Shown here in pieces: positions 22,797-33,444 of a stretch of 64,000 bases of DNA. The stretch lies in the NCBI GenBank assembly GCA_000708835.1, contig DF237074.1, positions 62,001-126,000 of the forward strand, read 5' to 3'. Source of the stretch: Klebsormidium nitens (taxonomy: Eukaryota > Plantae > Klebsormidiophyceae). Both the position numbers and the translations under genes were made by a program. How positions within the stretch are numbered: the first letter of the stretch is position 1; each line of letters starts with the position of its first letter. Below the pieces are notes generated by a model. The model was not told where the DNA came from. It saw nothing but the letters and a program-made list of their open reading frames with translations, and searched no databases.

Positions 22797-24335
22797 GAGG
22801 ATTCCGCTTATGTCTGGGCAATCAATGATTTCTCTAAAATCCACGAGAGTGCGGGAGAGTTTTTCAAGCCGCTTTTGGCTTCTCCATCATTGACAGAGCT
22901 GCGTGTGCATGAGCCGGCTCTAGAGAAAAGCACCGAGAGGATCTTCGAGAAGCTGTATGGACATCGGCAAGAGGTGAGTCACCCAAGAATCAAAAATTTC
23001 CTTCCTCATCGAAGTGTGGCGCAATTGAGCAACCACGAAAGTGCGAACCAAGGGACCTTGTTTCTGTTGAACACACTTTGCTTGCACTGTGGCTCGATTC
23101 CTGAGCGCCAACTATAGACAGCTGGCACATGATGGAGCTGACTTTTGATAGAGTCTTTCATTTTATCAGGCCGGGCTAGTTGTATTCTGCCCTGCCATGA
23201 TGGTTCCGTTGATTCCTTATCTTATTGCAGGCTAGCTCTGTTCGGTGGCTCCGCTCAATGGGGCCATCTTCCTCAGAAGGCCCAGATGCTGAAGGATAGG
23301 TTGGTAACATCGCAATTGTCAAGCTAGAGTGGCGCAGGCTAATTCTGATTGGACGGAGAGTCGTTTACGAGCTTTGCTAAGAGATTGTATGCAATGAACA
23401 CTCGATTCTCGCGAAATTCAAGTGCGATCCGGTAGATCTTTTTATTACAGTGATCTTTCAATATCTTCATGGCCCCCTACAAGTGAGATCAAAACTCCTC
23501 CCTTTCCAATCGGAGTAACAAGACAAAGATTGTACTAATGGCTCCTATGCATGAACCAGGCTAGCTCAATACAATTGCAAGCAATGACTCATGAGCTGTT
23601 GTCATGTGCAATCGCGCTGTACTAGATATATGTGCATTGCACTTGGCCGGTATGATCCACCGGCGTTTAATTCAAAGCAACGTAAATAACCATGGTATAT
23701 AGGATAGCTCAAAACGAACATACATGTATAGAACGGCTTGAGGGTCGGTAATTGTCGAATTGTCACATTGTAATGTAAAAACGACGAGTCATTGCATTAT
23801 TTCTTCAATAGCTAGTACATGTACCATCTCTTTCTCTTCAGGAGCCTGCGGTAATACTGGGCCGGATCTATGCAGTGGCACTCGCATCTCTTTTTGAGCT
23901 GATAGTCCAGGTACTATCTTATTTTATTTACTTGTATCTGACTCTGAGTGATAGAGCGTTAGTCGATCGTTAGTGATATAATGAGCCATATGCAAGCAGG
24001 ATGAGCATGTACATGCTTGTGTACATGCGTGGAATCAGACGCCTGCAAATCGGAAGCTTTCGTTTGCTCTCAGCAAAGCTTTCGACAGCAAGACTTGAGA
24101 TCAGCGAAGGAAACAGACTCGTTCTGCAACAACTCTCAACACCTGCTCTACCAGGCCAATCCAACATACCTTTATGTACACACTGGTACTACTCCCCCGC
24201 TCAGACTCTGGAACATAATCTTCTATACCTGCGGCGCCAGCCGGTTCCATCGCCTGTCGACGACTTCTTAAGAACCTATTGCATCTTTCAACCGATCTTT
24301 TCCACCATCGTGAACAAGCGCTTCTCCTCTCTGCC

Positions 24336-27300
24336 TCACTCCCATTCGACCGTTGCGGGCGGTTTTGACGTAATGTCGTACACGACCCGGTTGACGGAAG
24401 CGACGGTGTTGCAGATCTTGGCGGAGACGGACGCCAGGAACTTGGGCTCGAACTGGAACCTGCAATCGAAACATGCGGTCTCAGTCAGTCTTTGCAGATT
24501 TTGACTAGAGATGTAGCCGCCGTCACGAGACTCTAGTCACGTTGCTTTTCCAGCAACCAGAACAAGCAGCCTCTTCGCAAGCGGCCTCTCTGAAGTTTCT
24601 GCAAGCACCTCTTCTGTTCATTCTCGAATAAACTTCACTTCCGCCCATTTACTGCAGATTCTTGAACAAACGACTCTCATTGCAATCAGCCCTTTCCAAT
24701 TGTCGGCGAAAACCGGGGGCAGGAAGCAACATACGATATACTGCAAACCAGAAGCACCTTGTTCATGGCCTTGCTCGTCGTAGTCGCAAAGGAGGACGAA
24801 AGCACGACTTCGCTCTTTAAAAGCCCCGCCAATGGAGTGTCCACACGGGGGCAAGAGCACAGCACACAAAACTGTAGCTTTTAGGGCCACACACAGAAGT
24901 CTCCGGACCAGCTTCCATTTGCAGCCAAACTCCGCGTCCATCAAGTGTGCCCCGGGCGGCAAAAGGAGGACTAATGGGACCTTAGCGGCAAAAAAGATAA
25001 GGGGCTCACCAGTCCGCCGTCATGCCGTCCTGGCTGGTGATGGCCCGCAGCGCGACCACGTGCGTGTGCGTGCGCTTGTCGCCCTGCACGCCGACGCTCC
25101 GGATCGGGAGAAACACCGCAAACGCCTGCCAGATCTGGTCGTACAGGCCCGCGTCGCGGATGGCGTTGATGAACACCTCGTCCACCTGGGGGGCGCGGAA
25201 GAGCGCATTAGACAACACTGCGGGGTGGAGCGGTTGGCGAGTCTTCTGTCTGGGGTGGAGAAAATCGTGTGCTGTCACGGCGAGACACGCGCGCATGCTG
25301 ACCAACAAAGGCGTTGCCACCGATGACCGATTTGCGAAAGCAACGAGGGCGTGCAGACCTTGGACGACCGTGCGCTCCGTTTGTTTTGGCGCAATCTCGC
25401 CCCAAATCGCACGCGACTAGCTGCCCTAACTCAAGTCTCCCTAAACAGAAACTTCACGCCAGACTTTGCAGCCAACTGATCTGCACTGGGCATTTTCTAA
25501 CTTGACAGACCACTCGAAAGACCCATCTTGACTTCCTTGGAAGTCTGCGTGCGAAAAGCGAAGTACATTCGTTAAGTTCACCAACCCAGCATATGCCATT
25601 CCGCAAAAACCTCAGCAGATCGTGACCGCAAAAGCGCCCCAAGCATACAGGTAAGCTCAGCAACGAGCAGACGTATTTCCCCGCCCCACTTCCCGCCCTA
25701 CCTGCAGCGCGTCCCGGCCGTCACGTCCCCGAGCACGCCGCACTCGATGCACTCGTTGAATTCACCGACCCGACCTTTGCAGGCAACTCTGCGTCGAACG
25801 ATTCCCGGGAGAGCGCCCCAAACAGAATTCAAAAACACACAAACGTCTCCAGATCCAAAGACGTCTCTGTGCGCGCCTCACCTCCCGCAGTACCTTCAGC
25901 GCGTCCCCCGCTGTCATGTCCCCGAGCTACGCCGCACTCAATGCACTCATTTTCAACGGACTTGACATTTGCAGGCACCAAAAGATACCCGCAAGAGCGC
26001 CCCAAACACATGAAAAAGCCTAATCCGAACATGTCCAGCGGGCGACTCACCTCCCGGAGCACCTGCAGCGCGTCCCCCGCCGTCACGTCCCCGAGCACGC
26101 GCACCGCAAGGCCCGGCCCCGGGAACGGGTGCCGCCGCAGGAACCCGACGGGCACGTCCAGCAGCTTCCCCATGGCGCGGACCTCGTCTTTGAACAACCA
26201 TTTAAGGGGCTCCACCAGCTTGAACTTGAGGTCTTTGGGCAGCCCACCAACGTTGTGGTGGCTCTTGATTGTGTGGCTGTGCTTCTTGTCGCTGCCGGGG
26301 GGAGGGCACGACTCGATGACGTCGGGGTAGAGCGTGCCCTGGACCAGGATGCTGGGCAGCTTGCCGTACTTCTTCTGGATCTGGGGGGGAGGGAAACGGG
26401 AGAAAGTGAGTATTAGTACGGAGTTCGAAAGAGAAATGGCGTAACGTTGGGATGGGCCCGAGTGACTGAACGAGGGCACGACTCCAAGCGATGAAGCTGG
26501 GGCGTTGTGGCTCGCTGCAATCTCCCGCGTGATTCTGCTTTACCAGTCTGACGGAGCCCTCAATCTGCCGTGTCGCTTGGTTTAAGACCAGCAAATGTCG
26601 TCATCGTAGGTCTGCATGAGTGCACTTTGGTCCATCAGAAGATGGTGGACTCGACCCGTCCAGTATCTGGATTCAAAGCTCGTGGGAGGACAGGCCTGCT
26701 TTTTATCAGCACCCAGATCCCAGTCACCTTTTCAACCTTTACACGAAGGTTGTCGCATTTTGAGTCGTCGACTGTGGGAAAAACGAAGCCTTCCAAACCA
26801 TCCAAACCGTGGATGCTGTCGCATCCACGAGCAATGCGACAGCACATGTCAATCGACTTTGATTCGTATCCAGATAAGCAGCTCACCTCAAGCGCAAACT
26901 CGTCAAATACTGCGATGAACTCGCCCCCGATGATCTTGCGCTTCTTCTCGGGGTCGGTCACGCCGGCGAGCTTGCTCAGGAAGCGCTCCGAGGCGTCCAC
27001 GCACGTCACCGGCAGGTGCAGGTCCTTCTCAAACGTCGCCATCACCCGCTCTTGCTCCTTGTACCTGTAGGGGCGAAAGGAAAAAGGTCGGAATCTGTCC
27101 AAAAAGGAGATTTTGAACTGGCTGAACGAGCGCGCAAAATCTGAACCCTCGAAAGAAGGTGCGAAGTCCGTGGCTTTCAACGAGAAGGGGCGAAGTTTGT
27201 AACAAAGCTCTGGACAGATGAGGGATGAATCCTGGAATCGTTCAAAAGAAGTAGCGGGAAACCGTTGTTCGAATCTGGAGCCCATGGAGCACAGAAAGGA

Positions 27301-29643
27301 CCCGCAGAAAACCTTGAAGGTCTGACAAAACACGATCGAGAGCCGAAGACGAGGGTCGAAGCAGGTCGGGACGAGAGGGCTACAAAGAACAAAGGAAGAA
27401 AGATGTTTCTGGAACCCGTGCAAGTGAAACATGTCGAACTGTCTTGAAGAGAAATTTCTTAGCTTGCCCAAAAGTCTTGGTATGTCTCAACACCACATTT
27501 CAAAGCAGGAACCAGTTCCGCTCTATTAGACCATATGTATCCCTTCCTGTTGCAAAAATGTTCTGAATGAGAATGAGCAAGATTCCCTGCCGAAACTTTT
27601 GACAGGCTGCTTTACGTCCCGATTCCCATCATGTTAGAAACTATCGGACTGGCTCCAGCAGACTAATTAGACAATCTGAAACGAAGAGCCCACTCTTGCT
27701 TTCCTCCCCGTCTACAGGTCACATTATTCAAGCGGACAAATCGCACAGACGATTGGAAGCAAACTCCCTCCTCGAAGTACCGAGCTACTGCCAGACATGG
27801 GCAGCACTCACACAGAAGCATCTCGAGCAAGTCGAGCCCATAACTACACCCGCATCCTGTCAGAGCTGTTCAGGCTCCCCCCAGAACCTCAAAATCCAGA
27901 CCTTGAAGACTCCAGAAGCTTGTAAGATAAGAGCTCAATTCTGCGGCACTCCAATTGGAAAAATCATGTTGTGCGTCTGTGTTTGGGAGTGGGGGGAATT
28001 GGCGGGGGTCCGGCTGAGGGGGTATCCAAAGCGAGGGTCTTGGCGCCGTTGCCGGTCTCTGCCCTGAGAAAAAAGCTACCGACCTGAGCAGCCCATTGTC
28101 CACAAAGCAGCAGTGCAGCCTGTCCCCCAACGCCCGGTGCACCAGCGTCGCCGCGACCGTCGAGTCCACCCCCCCGGAAAGCGCGCAGATCGCATGGTCG
28201 TCTGGCCCCACAGCTGCATGGATCGCCTTGATCTCTTCCTCCATGACATCCTGCATCTTCCAGTCTGCCGTGCAGTCGCCGATGTCAAACACGAACCGGC
28301 GCAGCGTTGCAAGGCCCCGTTCACTGTGCGTCACCTGATCGGGTAAAGTTGTGTTGTAAGTCATGGTGGCTGCGTTGGTGTTAGCCAGTCCGAATCTGGT
28401 GTCTGTGCCTTGTCTGCTGTCTTGAATACCCATGGTTGTACCCTTCCTGCCAGGCAAGACTCTGACGACTGCCGATGCTCCTGAACTTGCCATGATTCTT
28501 CGCGGGGTCTACATAAGGGTGGTGCGGGGCTCACTTCAATCTAGCCTAGGTGCCGTTACTCTGATGATACCATGCTTGCTCTCGGACAGACTTGTTTTGC
28601 AACAATGGCACAACAGATGATACATCCTTCTCTCGATCTTCTCAGCTTTAAAGAGCCGACGAGAGCGGTATCCTAGGTTCTCTCGTTGCAAATCAGATGT
28701 CTGAAGCCTAAGCAATGGAGCAGGTTGAAGGTACATTAGGCCCAGAATTGAGAGGCTGACCCTGGCAAGCCCGTAGACCTTCGCAGCCCGCAATCTGGGC
28801 GCCACATACCACTGAAAGCGGTGAGTTGCTGAAGAGCTTTCAAAAAGTGGCGATGCACTGGTGGTCGCAGAAACGCAAGCCAGCAAAGAAGAGATATGGT
28901 CCAGACGAATAGCCCTGTCCTGAAACTGAACTACCGGCAAGCAGGTGTGACCATTACCACCGGTGCGCCCTTTGATGCGACAACTTTCTATGACACGGGA
29001 ACATCGCTCAATGGACCCTCACCTCTGGGTGGTACTGCAGCCCATACAGGTGCCTCTTTGGCGCCTCAATCCCTACGATCGTTCCCCCACTGCTCTTCGC
29101 AATCACCTCAAAGCCCTCCGGCAACCGCACCGCCTCATCTCCATGGCTCATCCAAACCACCTCTTCGTCTACAACGTCAGTGCCATAAAGGTGCGAGCCC
29201 TTCACCGGCCGAATGGGCATGCGCCCGTACTCCTGCTCCGCCGCCTGCTTCACCTCACCCCCCAACACCTGCACTATGAGCTGCATTCCGTAGCAGACCC
29301 CCAGAACAGGAATCCGCTTCTCTGCCGTCCATGCGAAGAAGCTCCGAGGCAGGGTGGGAGACGTGGCCTCGTGCACCGAGTTTGGTCCCCCGGAAAGAAT
29401 GATGACCGTCGGGTGGACCGCTTCGATCTTCCCCTGCTCGGAATCTCCCGAGAGACTGACCGAGTACACACCCAGCTCGCGCACCCTTCTCGCGATGAGC
29501 TGGGTGTACTGAGACCCGAAGTCGAGCACGAGGACAACGGACCGCTGCGGAATCGGCGGGCCGAGGTTCGGATTCCCTTCCAGGTCTACCTGCGGGGAGT
29601 TTGCTTCCGGATGGGGCTTACCGCCCAACTCTACTGTGCCCAT
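24336..29643 (-). CDS. GMPS: GMP synthase (glutamine-hydrolysing), 6 exons, about 559 aa
   Basis: Exons 29643-29023, 28334-28084, 27064-26887, 26380-26051, 25185-25010, 24459-24336. Motifs: [94 protein letters not shown]-stop. Confidence 0.97.
25686..26105 (-). repeat. Tandem triplication of the last about 60 nt of GMPS exon 4 plus donor and adjacent intron sequence (periods about 169 and 190 bp)
   Basis: Plus strand ctcacctcccggagcacctgcagcgcgtcccccgccgtcacgtccccgagc (26046) recurs as ctcacctcccgcagtaccttcagcgcgtcccccgctgtcatgtccccgagc (25877) and as cacttcccgccctacctgcagcgcgtcccggccgtcacgtccccgagc (about 25687). The intronic parts share cactc.atgcactc, tttgcaggca and gagcgccccaaaca. Confidence 0.93.
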
Positions 29644-30190
29644 CGTTACTGTCTGCTTGGTGAGGAAGGTGGGCGGACGTCTGTCGAATTGCTCGGTGAT
29701 AAGTGCAATCCCCCTTCGAAATTCAATGTCAGCCCCAGCGGCTGGTAAATCGATGCTGTACCTAGCCACTTCTGCGCCTAACTACAGCGGCAACATATGC
29801 TTGTTTGTGATAATGTAGCTCAAGCAGGCGTACAATACAACGGTGGCACTTCGTGCGCCCTCTGCCTCTGACTCACATTACAAATCCATGTGCGAGCTTC
29901 AGCCGGCTTCACTGATGTTCACAAGCGTGTCAAGCGTGGTACTGCAGTCTGCAGCCCGTGCAGGCTCATCCTGAGCTGACTGCAGCCATTCAAGATTTCA
30001 AGTAGGTAGGTAGGTAGTACCGTATTCTGGCGGGAAGGGTTTGGTCAACTTAATCCAAATTTGACCCAATTTTCTAAGCTGGGCCAATGGAGGCGTATTG
30101 ACCGCACCATCTGACAAGCTTGTTGATCGGGCGGCTCAAATTTTCTATCTCTGTCTAATATAGGGGGCCGGTTTGACAGAACCTGCAATA

Positions 30191-30367
30191 ATGGAGTCGG
30201 AAACTAGGTTGGGTTCTTCTGAAGCACAAAAGCTGAGCATTGATGAGTCGAACGAATTGTCAGCAAAATATCTTCTGCACAAAGTCACTGTAAACATCCA
30301 GGACATCCAGGGCGCGTTGCAACTGCAAGGGCGGGCAATTGCGTGGCGTTTGCAACCCTTCTCTGAG
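30191..30367 (+). CDS. Probable first exon of an unknown gene divergent from GMPS; downstream exons not resolved
   Basis: ATG GAG TCG... is open for 59 codons (MESETRLGSSEAQKLSID...WRLQPFSE) and ends at a canonical GAG|GTGAG donor. No family recognised. Confidence 0.3.
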
Positions 30368-31454
30368 GTGAGAAGCTCTAGATCATTGGGGAGCATCGCT
30401 GGATTGCTTGCAAGCAGGAGTTGGTCAGGCGGGCGTAGTTTTGGTGGTGGCAGCCGCCCTGCAGAGTCTGATTGTCTCAAATGGTGTCTTTTCATGTGAA
30501 AGACGATGTTTTGTGCAGCAGCAATTGCATGAAAGTTGCATCTTGTCTTTCTGAGGACTCAATCTTCCATCATGGTAGCTCGTGCTACCACCCAGAGTGC
30601 GCCTCTCACGCGCCTGGAAACCACATGCGTTGGTGTGTCTGCGTTTCTTGTGTGGATGCTTGTTGCGTTGAGTGCATCATCAAGTCTGGCGGACAGAAAG
30701 AGGGAGAATGGCACTGTATTCAGAGGCGCGCACGATGGTGGGCAATGGACCGAGACATTGCTATGCCAATTTAGGTGTCTCTAATGGCAGGGTTTGAGTT
30801 TTCCCCTGAGTTGCCGGTAACAGTCGGCTGACATAAACTGCACAGCAGAGGCGATTGCTACTGTTTTAACACCTGCTCAATGACAAGAAAGTGTTGACTG
30901 CAACCTCTGACTTGGCTGAGCCTCGTGTAGGCTCTTTGCAGATTCTAGAAAAATGAGACGAGTGCTAAGTTTGTGCTGAGGGGAGAAAATCTGACGTCAG
31001 CAAAATGCTCTAATCACTGCAGAATGATCTGTCAAGCAATCATTTGTTGATTCTCGTGACGGACTCAACTCAAGGTTGTTATTTTACTTGAATACCAGCG
31101 TGCGCAAGCACAGATGACCCATGTTTTGTAGCGACCAGCTTCTGCAGTCCACCTCCTTTGGCTCCGAATGCTGCCTCTGTCTCGGGTCCATTGTAGGGTT
31201 CTTGTGTTTGGAGTCTGCGTTCTGAGTTGCAGCATCTGCAGCAACAGTCTCAGTCGTTGGCGTCTTGTCAAACGGCAAGACGATAATAGTGCTTTTTAAG
31301 CAAATTAAATAATGCTTTAAATAGTGCTTTGCAGCGCATCTGTTCTCTTAGCGGTGTCTGTACCACCAGAACAAGGTAATTGAGTGTCAGACGGAGGTTT
31401 GTCAATCCCCTATTTGGAATGACGAGCCGCTTTTCTTCATGCAGTTTTTAAAAG

Positions 31455-31861
31455 ATGGCTCCCAAGGAAGAGTTCAAGCCCAAGCCAAGTGCCAAGTCAG
31501 AAAAGAACAAGCCCAAGGGAGGGAAGGCGAAGGAGGAGAAGAGGAAAGCAGATAAAGAAAAGAAGGCTGCAAAGAACGGAACCGGCCCTATAGCTATTGG
31601 AGGTAAGGTTCAAATCATGCTTACTAGATTGCTGGAGGGCTCATCAAATGTGAAGTCTCCTGTCCCATGCATGTGGTCAAACATGTGGCACCAAGTGCGA
31701 CCTTCAGCCCTTGAAAATCTTATCAAACAAGACTTTAATGAAGTTCCAAGGCCCAGCACTATACTTGTCCCGATCCTGGTAAGAGCTCTTAGTCTTGCTT
31801 GAATTGGCAGCTCTTTGTGGATAACCTTTGCTTGTTGCTTCTTTATGCAGGCAAGAAGTAG
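31455..31861 (+). CDS. Small Lys/Glu-rich protein, 52 aa, 2 coding exons
   Basis: Exon 31455-31602 (GAG|GTAAG donor) plus exon 31851-31861 (ctttatgcag acceptor) gives MAPKEEFKPKPSAKSEKNKPKGGKAKEEKRKADKEKKAAKNGTGPIAIGGKK-stop. There is a candidate 5'UTR intron at 31376-31444 and an AAG-ATG-G start context. Confidence 0.6.
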
Positions 31862-33444
31862 GTTTGGTGAGTCCTCTAGAAGAGGTAAAGCATGAGAGAG
31901 GGGTTCGATTTCAGGCTTACCATAGCTTGGTATCGGCTTGAACGATGTCCCTCTGATCTCGGAAGTTTGAAATTGTGTGCCAGCCACAGGTAAGTCACGA
32001 ATAGGATCCACAGGCTTTTGCTGGATAGGTATAATGATACTTTGGGTTAGAACTAGCTCTTGTACATGGCCCAAAAACTTGTACTTGTGCACACCGCAGA
32101 CTTTGCTTCCCTGTCGGACTTTGGGTGATGAATCCCAAGTTTGACACTTATCCAGAGTTTCCTTTAACTCCGCCGCAAGTTCAACATGCAGTGAGCAGTT
32201 AAGAAACGTTCGTAAGACATTCTCTGCTTAGGCTGCATCTGATGGCATATGACCGTCCAATTGCGTCCATAGGACCTATGCAAAGCCCCACAAGGTCTGC
32301 CGGCCTTCAGGACTACTGTGGTCATCAGTTGAGTATACTGCATGCTTGGTATTTGTTGTCTGTCATTTGGGACAACATTTTGATCAACTACGTGGCAAGC
32401 AGGTGCATAGCACTGGGTGCAGCTTGCTGGCTGTCAATGCGCGAGTAAAGCACGATTTAGAAGTGGCATCAAAGATGTACGCTTCGTGTAGCACTTGCAA
32501 TCCATGGAGCCAATGCACATGGCCCCCTCTTTCCTCATTGCACATGGATCTGCGCGGCTGCGGCTTGCATAGTGTGCAGTGCACAGGCCATGTGTAGGCA
32601 CAGGCTCAGTCCTATATGATCATGATACACATCAGTGATGACATGGCGGGCAAATAGAGCCGCCTTTGGAGTCAGCTGCCAGCCCATGAGTCGGCGCGGC
32701 CCTCACTAACACTTGGTCAGTAGAACAGCATTTAATTAGAGACACTTTTGATAAACCCTTTGCCTCCGATTGGTATTGCTAAGTGACTTTTATACCCAGT
32801 AGTTGCCCCATGATGAGGTAGCATGTCATGTCAGTCATGTTGCTTTGTTGTTAGTAACTGCTCAGTTAAATTAACTAGCTATAGAAACATTTTTTGATGA
32901 AGGCCGAACTCCGAAATTGCTTGTTTCTGCGCCATGGGCCCAGGTGCCTAAGCGTGTATAAAAAGAAGTGACCATCAGTGAGGATTGCGCCATGATCGGC
33001 AATGACATGGGCGCAAGCTGATGGCCTCGGTGCGTTATGCAGTCCATAAAACGAATGTACCCAGTCACTAAAGCAGCTGTAATACATGCAGCCTAGCAGG
33101 CATTCATAGCAGGCATTCATTCTAGCAGGCGGCCGCCGGGTGCATATATGCCATGCACTGAAAGCTTCACGACACGTCGGCCGCGTGACACGCAGCATGC
33201 ACTGAAAAATAACCCGAGTCCAGTGGCCATGCCCAACCACACAAGAGATGTGTGTAAAACTGTTCTTACTACAAACTCAAACGTCAGGTGCAGCCAGGGG
33301 GCGTCGGTACATCAAGATTGCGAGCGCTATGACAAGAAAGGTGATATGCAAACTCGCTGGACAGAATCAACCTCCGCATGACCATGGGGCAGCAAATAGC
33401 GGGCTTTTTGGTCCAAGAGAAGACACGCGCGTCCTTAAAAGTTC

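Noticed and set aside
32126-32241. Box C/D snoRNA candidate (GTGATGA ... CTGA)
   Set aside because: No terminal stem and no recognisable rRNA antisense element; such short boxes occur by chance.
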